Positions 9,056-17,848 of a stretch of 32,000 nt of DNA are shown in pieces (the first letter of the stretch is position 1; the number at the start of each line of letters is the position of its first letter). The notes under the pieces were generated by a model. It worked only from the letters and a program-made list of their open reading frames with translations. It made no database searches and was not told the origin of the DNA. This DNA is from Erwinia phage vB_EamM_Special G, in sequence record KU886222.1; one strand, given 5' to 3'. A program made the translations under genes and the position numbers.

Positions 9056-9805
9056 ATGACGACGACTTTTCCGAAAGAGATGAATGCAGCTTTCCATCCT
9101 GATAACGAGCAAACCACCCAGTTGTGCAAAACGATCCAGCAGATCAGTGGGGTGGAGATCAAACGTGTACATGTGGTGATGGCGATCCACCATTACAAAC
9201 AAAACGATACGGCACATCAGCCTGACCACATGCTGGCGGTCTTAGCAGAAGCAGCCCACATCATCCAGTCGTTTCCTGACCTGGAGAAATGGCGCACCCA
9301 GATCATGTTAGGGTGCCTGTTCCATGACACCCACTGTCACATCGATCGGGATATGCACCACCTGCTAGGCGCCGAACATGCTCAAGAGGCATTACTGGAG
9401 TATGCGTGTGGTTATGGGATGTCACGTGCGGATGTCTACCTGATCAGTCAGGCCGTACTGGAGCATCGGGCTTCCTGGAAGTACCCGCGTATTAACCCTG
9501 TATCCAACGCTGTAGCGTCTGCAGATCGTGGCTACCCTGATCTAAAGAAATACATCCGTCGTGCTGTACAGTACCGTTACAAGCGTATGGCAGTCATCAA
9601 CATGAACACCATCATCGATGAGTCGATCGAACACATGGTAGAGAAGTTCGGTGATGGCGGTTATGCCTGGGAAAGCTACCCGACGTATGCAGCGGTGATG
9701 CACGGTGATGCGATTCAACAAGTGAAGCAACAACTGCGCAGTAAAGAAGGAAAGGCGCAGCTCAAAGAGTACGCTGAACTCCACTTTGATGAGTGGGTAG
9801 AATAA
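9056..9805 (+). CDS. HD-domain phosphohydrolase
   Basis: QPDHML...GCLFHDTHCH...GAEHAQEAL...VASADRG gives the H...HD...D pattern. Confidence 0.7.
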   Translation: MTTTFPKEMNAAFHPDNEQTTQLCKTIQQISGVEIKRVHVVMAIHHYKQNDTAHQPDHMLAVLAEAAHIIQSFPDLEKWRTQIMLGCLFHDTHCHIDRDMHHLLGAEHAQEALLEYACGYGMSRADVYLISQAVLEHRASWKYPRINPVSNAVASADRGYPDLKKYIRRAVQYRYKRMAVINMNTIIDESIEHMVEKFGDGGYAWESYPTYAAVMHGDAIQQVKQQLRSKEGKAQLKEYAELHFDEWVE

Positions 9806-9813
9806 GCTACGTG

Positions 9814-9842
9814 GCCGGAGGATTACCTCCGGCTGTTATGCC
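9814..9842 (+). terminator. Hairpin GCCGGAGG-ATTA-CCTCCGGC followed by TTATGCC
   Basis: 8-bp perfect stem then TGTTATGCC. Confidence 0.75.
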
Positions 9843-9965
9843 TGTTCTTTCTTCTTTGTAATTCTCAACACATTCGGTCTTTGTTATACAAAGGCTATAA
9901 TCTTTGTCCCGAGCTAAGGGTAACGTGAACAGTTATGCTGGCTTACTTTTTAAAGGTATCTTTTC

Positions 9966-10496
9966 ATGGATGGTTTATTTAATCTCTCCTCATGGCAATC
10001 GCTTTTACTTGTGGTAGTTGTACTCCTGCTGTGGGCGTATTACCAACGACTTCAACACCTGCGTCGTAAGTATCATCGCCGTAATGAACGCATGATGGCG
10101 CAGAGCGTGGTCATGACATCCCGGCTGTTACTGAGTACCTTCTCGGAGATTGTGGAACGCGCTAAAGAGGAGGACATCTACCAGCGTGATCCTAACTCCC
10201 CGATTGCGGCAGACCGGGCCAGTGCGATGGCCTGCTCCTCCATCTTCAGTGGGTTGTATAACCTGGTTGTGGTGCCCGTCACCACCCTTGATCCGGTGTT
10301 CAACGATTTATTGATTACCGGTACTGAGCGGGAAGATGTTGAGGAAGGGGTCTTTGTGTCGTTTTATTTGGGTGAACAGCGTAATGATGTGGTTAGGCAT
10401 TTTATACCCGACCGGTCGTTACAGGCCTTTATCACCCAAACGCGTGCCTTCAGTGCTTACCTGCGACAGGCTGCGAATACAAAACCACCACAATGA
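9966..10496 (+). CDS. N-terminally anchored membrane protein, unknown function
   Basis: SLLLVVVVLLLWAYY transmembrane helix followed by soluble domain. Confidence 0.65.
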   Translation: MDGLFNLSSWQSLLLVVVVLLLWAYYQRLQHLRRKYHRRNERMMAQSVVMTSRLLLSTFSEIVERAKEEDIYQRDPNSPIAADRASAMACSSIFSGLYNLVVVPVTTLDPVFNDLLITGTEREDVEEGVFVSFYLGEQRNDVVRHFIPDRSLQAFITQTRAFSAYLRQAANTKPPQ

Positions 10497-10504
10497 GGTG
10501 ACAC

Positions 10505-11035
10505 ATGACCAATTATGGTTTTCTGCTGAACACAGTACTTCTGGCTTTTCTTATTTGGTTTGGTTACCGACTGCACACGTTGGTAAACAACAGCGAGAAA
10601 GCCACCCTCGCCGCTGATCATAACGCCAAGCTGCGCTTCCTGACCTATGCAGCCCGGCAGATAATGAGTGACTTGTATACGTCGCTCAATCTTCCGACGC
10701 TCACCGGGTGTGCGAAGATGTATCTACGCGATGACGGCAAGCTTGATAATATTGAAGTCATTATGCGACTCTTCATGAAAACCCATAATGAGATTATTAC
10801 CAAGCTCTCCGAGGGATTGGTGTCGGATCATTTGAAGATCACCGATGTTAAAGTTACCCATGATCTGGTGACCAACGAAGTGCTCATCACACTCTTGTAT
10901 CCGAATAAAGTCACTGACATCCTGGTCTTCCATCATAACCACCTGGCGCAGGCGATCTACCAACTGGATCGATTGCAACATCGGCTCTCAACGTTCCACA
11001 AAGCGGTGCCGAACCGCGACCTGTACCAACTCTAA
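10505..11035 (+). CDS. N-terminally anchored membrane protein, unknown function
   Basis: NYGFLLNTVLLAFLIWFGYRL transmembrane helix; AGGTGACAC RBS region. Confidence 0.65.
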   Translation: MTNYGFLLNTVLLAFLIWFGYRLHTLVNNSEKATLAADHNAKLRFLTYAARQIMSDLYTSLNLPTLTGCAKMYLRDDGKLDNIEVIMRLFMKTHNEIITKLSEGLVSDHLKITDVKVTHDLVTNEVLITLLYPNKVTDILVFHHNHLAQAIYQLDRLQHRLSTFHKAVPNRDLYQL

Positions 11036-11040
11036 ACCAA

Positions 11041-11067
11041 GGGAGGGCTTCGGCTCTCCCTTATGCC
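11041..11067 (+). terminator. Hairpin GGGAGGGC-TTCG-GCTCTCCC followed by TTATGCC
   Basis: 8-bp stem (one G-T) with TTCG loop directly abutting TTATGCC. Confidence 0.75.
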
Positions 11068-11155
11068 ATCCGTTCTTCTTTTTTGGTTATTACTATGAAT
11101 TGCAAGATTCACCACGTAGTTCGTTTCACTTATTAACCCCTAAAGAGGAATAGTC

Positions 11156-13078
11156 ATGACAGATAGCACTACAGCGCAGAGCCAGACCGTGACGTTAGAC
11201 CAAGTCATCGCGTCAGGCGGCCAGATTGTCTTCCTGGACAATGGGCAACTGAAAAGCTTTCCTGTCTCTCAGATCACTGACTTACTGAAAAGCGGCATGT
11301 CTACTGACGTGTTGGGTCAGGCTGATTCTCTGAGTATGTTTGGTCAAGTGGAGTCGTTCGAGGCTCTACGTAAGCTTAAGCCACAGAAAGAAGGTGCACG
11401 CATCTCTCTTCGTGGCTGGAACAAAGGCAGTTGTCTGGGTGGCGGTGAGTTCATTGGTCATCTCGTCACCAAAGATCTTAAAGCCCGTCCAGATGATGGC
11501 GGTATGATTGCAGCCGGCAGCGGGTTCTTCTGGGAACGTGTGTGCTCAGATTGCGGGCAAATGAATGTCACTCACTTCGGTGCGCTTCCTGGCGCAACTG
11601 CAGCGACTGATTGCGTGCCAGCAATGACCGCCATGCTGAACTGGAGTAATGCCAACGCTGTTGGTTTAGGAATTCAATTCCCAGCCGGTACTTTCTTCGC
11701 TTCCAGTTTAAAGTTCACCAAAGAGATCGGGTATTTCCGTATCGCCGGTAACCACATCAACTTTGGTTATTTTGCTAACACGGTATTGGTGAGTGACGCT
11801 ACTGAAAACTTTATGTTGGATGTTGCGGCCCGTCGGGTCGAGTTGGCAAACATCATCTTCCGCGGTGTGAGTACTACTGAGAAGCCGAATAAGAAAGGGA
11901 TCTTTAATAACATCGTCATTGGTGGTCAGTACTTCAACATGACCTGTGTGCGGTTTGAGAAAATCGGCGGGACCTGTGTTAATCTGATCGATACTCTCGA
12001 TACCAAGATGACACAATGGTACGCGTCACAATGTACTGGTGATGTGATCGTTAACAAATGGTCCGATCGTCAGGCAGGTGGCTGGAACCATACCACTGCT
12101 GTTGAAATGACCAACTTTAACATCCAGAAGTGTGTTGGTGGTAAAGTGTTTGACATGCAGCGCTGCGCTCAGTCGTTTATCACTAATGGCTGGATCGAGC
12201 ACTGTGATGATCCAGGCGACCTGTCTAATGGTCAATGGACGGTAAATGGCCTGAGTATCGAAGATTGTAAGAAACCATTAAAGGCCTCTTACGCTCGCTT
12301 TATTGAGATCCAGCGTAACCTGCAGTCCGGGTCACGGATCGACTACTCCATTGACCCAGAGCTCGAAGAGTGGCTGAGTGAATGGGAACGCGGTCGTCTG
12401 GATATCGCCAACCACGGCATCTTCATCGACGGTACCTTAGAACCGGGTACGATCATGTCTCGCAACAAGCTGAGCAACAGCAGCGACAAAGCGAAATGGT
12501 TCCGGGTCGGTACCTGGTACAGTCCATCTGAAGGCGATTCCATTGACATCAACCTGGTTGGTACCGGTAACTTCCTGTCGGTCGCACCAAAGCTTGATGA
12601 TATCGATGGTGTACGTCAAGGTGGCGGTAACACCCTGATCCGTGTGCAGTTGAAGAAAGACTCCGTAGGTGCGACCTTAGAACCACATGGTTCAAGCCCC
12701 CTGCAAGCGGCGAAGATTGCCAAAGTCGGTGCCGGTAAGTTTGTGGTCTACGCCCAGCTGAAACCGTATACCCGTAATGTGATCCCGGTGATTGTTGCAA
12801 CCGGCGCCACGCACTACGAAGCCGGCGTCTCTTATTACTTCCGTCCGGCGATTGCCTCGATGAGTGATGAAGAGATCGCAGCAGTGCCGGATGCGGTAGT
12901 GATTGCTGAACAGTGGTCGCTCGGTCAAATGGCCGGTGTGGGCGCCACTAACGAAGGTAACCTGATGCTGAAGAGTAAGATCGTTAACGATCACTTGCAG
13001 GTACAGGTCATGGTTAGCCAAGCACAATGGGCGAAACCAGAACTTCGTTATATCGAGCTGAAGAAAGAAGCCAAGTAA
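11156..13078 (+). CDS. Tail spike / pectate-lyase-like beta-helix depolymerase
   Basis: 640 aa; GARISLRGW..G...GGGEF...DDGGMIAAGSGFFWERV, VTHFGALPGA..DCVPAMTAML..., then repetitive beta-helix-like segments. Confidence 0.8.
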   Translation: MTDSTTAQSQTVTLDQVIASGGQIVFLDNGQLKSFPVSQITDLLKSGMSTDVLGQADSLSMFGQVESFEALRKLKPQKEGARISLRGWNKGSCLGGGEFIGHLVTKDLKARPDDGGMIAAGSGFFWERVCSDCGQMNVTHFGALPGATAATDCVPAMTAMLNWSNANAVGLGIQFPAGTFFASSLKFTKEIGYFRIAGNHINFGYFANTVLVSDATENFMLDVAARRVELANIIFRGVSTTEKPNKKGIFNNIVIGGQYFNMTCVRFEKIGGTCVNLIDTLDTKMTQWYASQCTGDVIVNKWSDRQAGGWNHTTAVEMTNFNIQKCVGGKVFDMQRCAQSFITNGWIEHCDDPGDLSNGQWTVNGLSIEDCKKPLKASYARFIEIQRNLQSGSRIDYSIDPELEEWLSEWERGRLDIANHGIFIDGTLEPGTIMSRNKLSNSSDKAKWFRVGTWYSPSEGDSIDINLVGTGNFLSVAPKLDDIDGVRQGGGNTLIRVQLKKDSVGATLEPHGSSPLQAAKIAKVGAGKFVVYAQLKPYTRNVIPVIVATGATHYEAGVSYYFRPAIASMSDEEIAAVPDAVVIAEQWSLGQMAGVGATNEGNLMLKSKIVNDHLQVQVMVSQAQWAKPELRYIELKKEAK

Positions 13079-13103
13079 GGCAAGCGCGTTATACCGCTAA
13101 CTG

Positions 13104-13133
13104 GAGGAGGGGAATCCCCTCCTCTTTATGCCG
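13104..13133 (+). terminator. Hairpin GAGGAGGGG-AAT-CCCCTCCTC followed by TTTATGCCG
   Basis: 9-bp perfect stem then TTATGCCG. Confidence 0.75.
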
Positions 13134-13252
13134 CCCTAGATTTTACCAGACCTATATTACCCTTGTGATCTCTGTAGAAATAAACGGAATCACCCAGTCT
13201 TATAACCCGCTGACCAAACCGAGTGTCGGCTAAACAAAGAAGAGGAAATACC

Positions 13253-13954
13253 ATGACTACCCGTAAGATTGCCCGCTTAGACAAACTCGCTAAATTTATA
13301 AACGACAATTTTGATCGTGATTACAACCTGCCCTTTGCGATCGAGATCGAACAGCATGAAGATAAATGGCACGGTACTCGATACAGTCTCAGCCTGACTC
13401 AGCCAGAGTGTGACGGCAGTCCAGTAAAAACGTTATTCCGTTCGAAGGTGTTAACGGCTGAATTCGTTGGTGATCGGTTTACACGGCTAGAAGGTAGTGT
13501 GGCCGGGATGGCGCCTGGTATCGAACTCCTGGGACAAGTTGCCTGGTACTGGATGTTATCAGAGGCAAACGACACTGATCGCGAATTGGGTGTGCAGGTA
13601 GCGTTGATGGCCTGGGATGCCTGGACACTGGCAACCGCCATATTTGATGGCTCTAAGGCCCGTGATCTCTTCGAGCGTGACGATTTCCTTTGCCCTGGCG
13701 TAACACTGAATCAGCACGTCCTGTGCGAAAAGTTTGTCAGAATGGATCGTGAAGTATGGCTAAAGCGTCGCACTAAACTGCTCGATGATGTTGTGGTTAT
13801 TGAAAGTCGCTGGACCTTCGTAAAACAATATATCGGGGCAGGTGGCCTGGGTCATGAAGAGAAACACACTGTCGCCGAGGTTACCAAACGCAGGCAAGCA
13901 CCGGCGCCTTTTGAAATTATCTTTAAGGCCAAATCGTCTCCTTTTAATCCATGA
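13253..13954 (+). CDS. Hypothetical protein
   Basis: GAGGAAATACC RBS before ATG at 13253. Confidence 0.7.
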   Translation: MTTRKIARLDKLAKFINDNFDRDYNLPFAIEIEQHEDKWHGTRYSLSLTQPECDGSPVKTLFRSKVLTAEFVGDRFTRLEGSVAGMAPGIELLGQVAWYWMLSEANDTDRELGVQVALMAWDAWTLATAIFDGSKARDLFERDDFLCPGVTLNQHVLCEKFVRMDREVWLKRRTKLLDDVVVIESRWTFVKQYIGAGGLGHEEKHTVAEVTKRRQAPAPFEIIFKAKSSPFNP

Positions 13955-13958
13955 GAAT

Positions 13959-13981
13959 GAGGAGGGGGTTTCGACCTCCTC
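13959..13981 (+). terminator. Hairpin GAGGAGG/CCTCCTC
   Basis: 7-bp perfect inverted repeat just after the stop codon; no TATG and no strong T-tract. Confidence 0.55.
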
Positions 13982-14071
13982 CATTATTGCTATTTTAAGT
14001 TGCAGAAAATCTAACGCCTACATTACTAATGGGATAGGCCTGATCAACAATTCTAATTAAGGGAATTTGTA

Positions 14072-14542
14072 ATGAGTGAAATCACGTTTAAAGACGCGCG
14101 GTATTACGACCTGATTACCAAAGAACAATTGCAGCCTGGACACACCATTCTGTTGAGCCTCAAAGGGCAACCAGCGGGCGTCATGACCCCAGCAGTACAG
14201 TGGACTAAAGACAACCTGGAAAACGCGGTCGTGGTGTACGGTACGGTTGACGATCTGCAATCAATCCGTAAAGAGATCAGCAGTTGCGATCAACCGGTAG
14301 CTGTGGTCCTTACCGGCGGCTACCATGCAACGTATGAACTTACTCACTGGGCGCGGGAAAACCACGTAGTCGTGTTCCTGGCTTCAGATGCCGATGCACC
14401 GCGTCCACGTTATGCAGCACTGCTCGGTACCTGTCTGGTCCAGCTGACTTATGACCAGACTGGTCGGGTGAGCTCTGCTACCGCCATTCGTAATCAAGCA
14501 ACCGCATCAGGCTGGGTGATCGACTTCACCGCTGACGCATAA
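14072..14542 (+). CDS. Hypothetical protein
   Basis: AAGGGA upstream of ATG; 156-aa ORF. Confidence 0.7.
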   Translation: MSEITFKDARYYDLITKEQLQPGHTILLSLKGQPAGVMTPAVQWTKDNLENAVVVYGTVDDLQSIRKEISSCDQPVAVVLTGGYHATYELTHWARENHVVVFLASDADAPRPRYAALLGTCLVQLTYDQTGRVSSATAIRNQATASGWVIDFTADA

Positions 14543-14581
14543 TCCTTTATTCATCCAACCAATTTAACCTGAGGTAATACC

Positions 14582-15187
14582 ATGCAACTTCATCAATACG
14601 TCGCCCTCTTACTCGGTGTGGGTTTAATCACGATCATTCTCGTTATGCTGGTCGGCTGGCTCGTGCTTGAGAACCAACGCAAATACGCCGCATTCCAACG
14701 GGTGCGTTACGAAAACATGCTGCGCTATCGCCTGACCGATTTCAGCAACCAGGTGACGGCAGATCTCTCCGCCATGTTCTTGCGCTATTTACTCTCCCCG
14801 CGGGTTGGTAGTACCGAGCGGGCGAGTGTGGAGGCAATAGCCGGTACCATCCAAGGCATGCTGCAAGCGATCGCTGCTCACCACAACCATGAGTTTAAAA
14901 GCTCAGAGGTTGGTGATACGTTACTGGGTCTGTTGATTAAAGAGGTTTCTTACGAAACACAGAGCGACCGGATCATCTTTACCCTGACACGTCCAGGTGC
15001 CACGAACCTCACTTATACCTTGACACATCCCGAAGCGTACGGCGCGATGCTCTGCTGTGAGCTGGAAGACTATCGCATGCGTCTGCGTGACCGCGCAACC
15101 CTGCAGATCAAGCGTGAGCTCGATCAGGCACCGCAAACGTATAAAGCCGTCTTCCCTAACTCGGAGCGGATTAATACCACTGCGTAA
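14582..15187 (+). CDS. N-terminally anchored membrane protein, unknown function
   Basis: YVALLLGVGLITIILVMLVGWLVL transmembrane helix; architecture like 9966..10496 and 10505..11035. Confidence 0.7.
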   Translation: MQLHQYVALLLGVGLITIILVMLVGWLVLENQRKYAAFQRVRYENMLRYRLTDFSNQVTADLSAMFLRYLLSPRVGSTERASVEAIAGTIQGMLQAIAAHHNHEFKSSEVGDTLLGLLIKEVSYETQSDRIIFTLTRPGATNLTYTLTHPEAYGAMLCCELEDYRMRLRDRATLQIKRELDQAPQTYKAVFPNSERINTTA

Positions 15188-15192
15188 TAAAT

Positions 15193-15220
15193 GGGAGGCC
15201 TTGCCTCCCTTTATTTTTTG
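15193..15220 (+). terminator. Rho-independent terminator GGGAGGC-CTT-GCCTCCC TTTATTTTTTG
   Basis: 7-bp stem plus T-rich tail. Confidence 0.8.
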
Positions 15221-15286
15221 TCATTGTAGTAAATGTGTACAACTTAACTAAATCATTTAGTAAACGTAAAAAGGAAAGTCAGCATC

Positions 15287-15583
15287 ATGTCAAACGAAGC
15301 CATTCTGAAAGCCCTGGAAACCATTGCCACTACATACCCAAAAGTTGAGGTGGTGTCGATTGGTGGGATTATCGCCTGCTTCGGCACGATGAAAGATGGA
15401 AAGGTAGAAACCACGGTGTTTGGCAATCTGCCCGAGTTCACTGTCGCCAATGTGAAGAAGCTTTACAACGCGAAGTGGTCACAACGTCAATTGGGTTATA
15501 TGTACGGTACATCACAGGCCCAGATCGCTAACTTCATGAAGAACCGTGAGGTTAACGTTCCCAATACGGTAAAAGGTTATTAG
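15287..15583 (+). CDS. Putative small HTH DNA-binding protein
   Basis: C-terminal WSQRQLGYMYGTSQAQIANFMKNR resembles a helix-turn-helix. Confidence 0.55.
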   Translation: MSNEAILKALETIATTYPKVEVVSIGGIIACFGTMKDGKVETTVFGNLPEFTVANVKKLYNAKWSQRQLGYMYGTSQAQIANFMKNREVNVPNTVKGY

Positions 15584-15584
15584 C

Positions 15585-15875
15585 ATGAAATGGTACGAAC
15601 GACTGGTCGAGAGCACGGTGTTGCGGTTTATGGCAACCTTCCTCTTAGCCTGCTTGTGGTCCCTGCTCCTTTTAAGCCAATGCTCGTTAGCGCTCGATCT
15701 CACCTTAAGCGTGATCTCTCTGGTGATCGTGTATAACCTGCGGGATTTCTTAAAGGACTTGCACCACGGTGTTTCAACCCGTCATGACTTTGCAGGGTGG
15801 TTTGTGCTGAACGCTGCTGGCATGGCACTGCTCTCGGCAATCATTAACGCCCTGTTCATCTTACATAGACTCTAG
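15585..15875 (+). CDS. Small multi-pass membrane protein
   Basis: FMATFLLACLWSLLLLSQC, LTLSVISLVIVYNL, FVLNAAGMALLSAIINALFIL hydrophobic segments. Confidence 0.6.
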   Translation: MKWYERLVESTVLRFMATFLLACLWSLLLLSQCSLALDLTLSVISLVIVYNLRDFLKDLHHGVSTRHDFAGWFVLNAAGMALLSAIINALFILHRL

Positions 15876-15883
15876 GAGTTCTC

Positions 15884-16465
15884 ATGTCAAAGAAACTCGA
15901 TACCCGTAAAAGTATGTTTCTGGCCTTGGTGTTACGCCACCGTCCTGAAGAGATCGGAATTACCCTGGATGAGAACGGCTGGGCCAAAGTCAGCGAAGTG
16001 ATCACTGGGTTCACCTTTACCGGGCGTGGGCTCTCATTACCTGAGCTTGAGATCATCGTTGAGACGGATGAGAAGAAGCGTTACCAGCTCTCTGACGACA
16101 AGTGCTATATCCGCGCTGTGCAGGGGCATTCTCACGAGAGCGTGATGAACATGCAGCTGGAAGTGGCGACACCGCCAAAGTACTTGTATCACGGCACCCA
16201 ACAGATCTCCTGTGAATCGATCGAACGACAAGGGATCTTGCGCCTTAAACGTTTATATGTCCACCTAACGGATGACATCGAAGCGGCTTGGCGCGCAGCA
16301 ACTCGTAAACGAACAGCCGGTGCAGTCTACCGAATCGACACCGAGAAGATGACGCGGATGGGCCATGTGTTCTATCGCGCTGAGAACGGGGTCTGGCTGG
16401 CGAAGCGCATTCCTTTCTCAGTCATTGAGATGGTTGATGCACATGACGAAGAAACAAGTACCTGA
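15884..16465 (+). CDS. kptA: RNA 2'-phosphotransferase (Tpt1/KptA family)
   Basis: LALVLRHRPEEIGITLDENGWAKVSEVI, KKRYQLSDDKCYIRAVQGHS, LYHGTQQISCESIERQGILRLKRLYVHLTDD, FYRAENGVWLAKRIP are KptA/Tpt1 signatures. Confidence 0.9.
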   Translation: MSKKLDTRKSMFLALVLRHRPEEIGITLDENGWAKVSEVITGFTFTGRGLSLPELEIIVETDEKKRYQLSDDKCYIRAVQGHSHESVMNMQLEVATPPKYLYHGTQQISCESIERQGILRLKRLYVHLTDDIEAAWRAATRKRTAGAVYRIDTEKMTRMGHVFYRAENGVWLAKRIPFSVIEMVDAHDEETST

Positions 16466-16727
16466 GTGGTGGAACAGCATCTTGTTACCGGTTGGTTTCA
16501 TGATGATCTGGGTAGGGTGTGTAATAGGTGGGCAGTTCCTCAGTTTCTGGGGGTGTATCTGTGTCACGTTGATTTGTGGTGGGGTTTCGTACCAGCACTG
16601 CATGCGCTCAACCAAGTATCGCAAAAATTCCGTAAGCTGGTTTATCTGTTGGAATGCTTACGGTATCATCGCGTGTTTGGGTATTGGGTTTATGGTAGCA
16701 GCAATTTATCTAGGCGGAGTCAAATAA
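16443..16727 (+). CDS. Small membrane protein
   Basis: Frame of track ORF 16365..16727 read from the internal ATG: MTKKQVPEWWNSILLPVGFMMIWVGCVIGGQFLSFWGCICVTLI..., several hydrophobic helices. Confidence 0.55.
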   Translation: MTKKQVPEWWNSILLPVGFMMIWVGCVIGGQFLSFWGCICVTLICGGVSYQHCMRSTKYRKNSVSWFICWNAYGIIACLGIGFMVAAIYLGGVK

Positions 16728-17000
16728 GTGAAAAGTAAAACAGGCAGTAAGTTAACACGCACGTTGTTGTTTTGTTTTGGTGCTTACATCACAGGGATGT
16801 TTGCCTTGATGATGATCCTGTCATCACAAAGCACTGCAGACATCACTGCAGGGAACTATGACAAAATGAGCGTGGATGACTCGCCTGAGTTTATTTTAAC
16901 AGATCGCAGTAATGGATGTAGATACGTCTATGACTCGGTTACCAAAACAGCCCACACTGCAACAGGCTTCGATTACTGTCTGTCGCTAAGGAAAGAATAA
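16728..17000 (+). CDS. Small membrane-anchored protein
   Basis: GTG start abutting previous stop; LLFCFGAYITGMFALMMIL helix; DRSNGCRYVYD tail. Confidence 0.55.
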   Translation: MKSKTGSKLTRTLLFCFGAYITGMFALMMILSSQSTADITAGNYDKMSVDDSPEFILTDRSNGCRYVYDSVTKTAHTATGFDYCLSLRKE

Positions 17001-17072
17001 TGGTTCGTGCGTATCGACACTCTGAGCTGCTACGATGGCCGCATCCCGCGGCCTGCACTCGGAGTTCGTTCT

Positions 17073-17300
17073 ATGTCTATTGCAGTCAACCGTCACCACG
17101 CTAAACGTTTAAAGGCCAAACGTAAACACTACTGGAACGTCGGCGGGAAACGCCAGAACAACAAGGCCGTGGGAATTATCTTCCACACCCCGTGTAAATG
17201 CAGCTGCACCATGTGCGGCAACCAACGCAAGCATTGGGGACGTCCGATCCAGGAAGTGAAACAAGCGGCCCGTTTTAGCGATACGGTCACTGACATTTAA
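17073..17300 (+). CDS. Small zinc-binding-like protein
   Basis: CKCSCTMCGNQRKHWGRPIQE cysteine cluster; ATG at 17073 gives a basic 75-aa protein. Confidence 0.55.
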   Translation: MSIAVNRHHAKRLKAKRKHYWNVGGKRQNNKAVGIIFHTPCKCSCTMCGNQRKHWGRPIQEVKQAARFSDTVTDI

Positions 17301-17305
17301 CCATG

Positions 17306-17336
17306 CAAGGGGAGTTGTTGGCTCCCCTTCTTTATT
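17306..17336 (+). terminator. Hairpin AAGGGGAG-TTGTTGG-CTCCCCTT followed by CTTTATTTG
   Basis: 8-bp perfect stem and T-rich tail. Confidence 0.75.
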
Positions 17337-17348
17337 TGAGGAATCCGC

Positions 17349-17714
17349 ATGAAACGCGGTTACCCATCAGGCCAACCGATTGAAGTCGAAGTCGGTGGGG
17401 TCATGTACCAATTTAACCCCCTTGAAAACATGCTGGCTGATCTGCGTGCCAATAAGTTGATCATCGTGTGTTGCAGTAATAAGAAGCGTGCCATTACCGA
17501 TATCTGGATGTGTGATGCCGAGATCGACTACTCGACGCAGTCACGCATGGAACACATCTTGGTCAGTGATCGTTGCAAGCAGTTCACCAAAGACTACGCC
17601 TTAACGCGAGTGGTGGATGTTGATAGCCGGTCATTGACGATTGCCGGGCCAGATAAAAAGATGCTGTCGATGGTGATCATGGGGGATACCCTCTACGCCG
17701 TTAAGCCAAGTTAA
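17349..17714 (+). CDS. Hypothetical protein
   Basis: 121-aa ORF. Confidence 0.6.
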   Translation: MKRGYPSGQPIEVEVGGVMYQFNPLENMLADLRANKLIIVCCSNKKRAITDIWMCDAEIDYSTQSRMEHILVSDRCKQFTKDYALTRVVDVDSRSLTIAGPDKKMLSMVIMGDTLYAVKPS

Positions 17715-17737
17715 CAGAACAGCAGTTGGGAGCCTCT

Positions 17738-17839
17738 ATGAACAATGTTTGGCTTTTAGTAATGGCCCTTATTTATACAGCAGGGCTTATTGCCGCATGC
17801 GTGGTCGCACGCATGGCAGTCTTTCATCATGTGATCTAA
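17738..17839 (+). CDS. 33-aa putative membrane micropeptide
   Basis: GGGAG upstream; MNNVWLLVMALIYTAGLIAACVVARMAVFHHVI; not in supplied ORF track. Confidence 0.4.
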   Translation: MNNVWLLVMALIYTAGLIAACVVARMAVFHHVI

Positions 17840-17848
17840 AGGGCAATT

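Noticed and set aside
9870-9905. Sigma70-like promoter TTGTTATACAAAGGCTATAAT
   Set aside because: The -10-like TATAAT is present, but spacing to the TTGTTA element is far too short; kept only as an unproven AT-rich element.
13842-14060. + strand ORF of 72 aa overlapping the end of 13253..13954
   Set aside because: Mostly inside another gene and runs through the hairpin at 13959-13981; no RBS or domain signal.
16466-16738. ORF MVEQHLVTGWFHDDL... overlapping the membrane-protein frame
   Set aside because: The alternative frame (16443..16727) has coherent transmembrane helices, and the following GTG gene abuts its stop; both frames are unlikely to be used.
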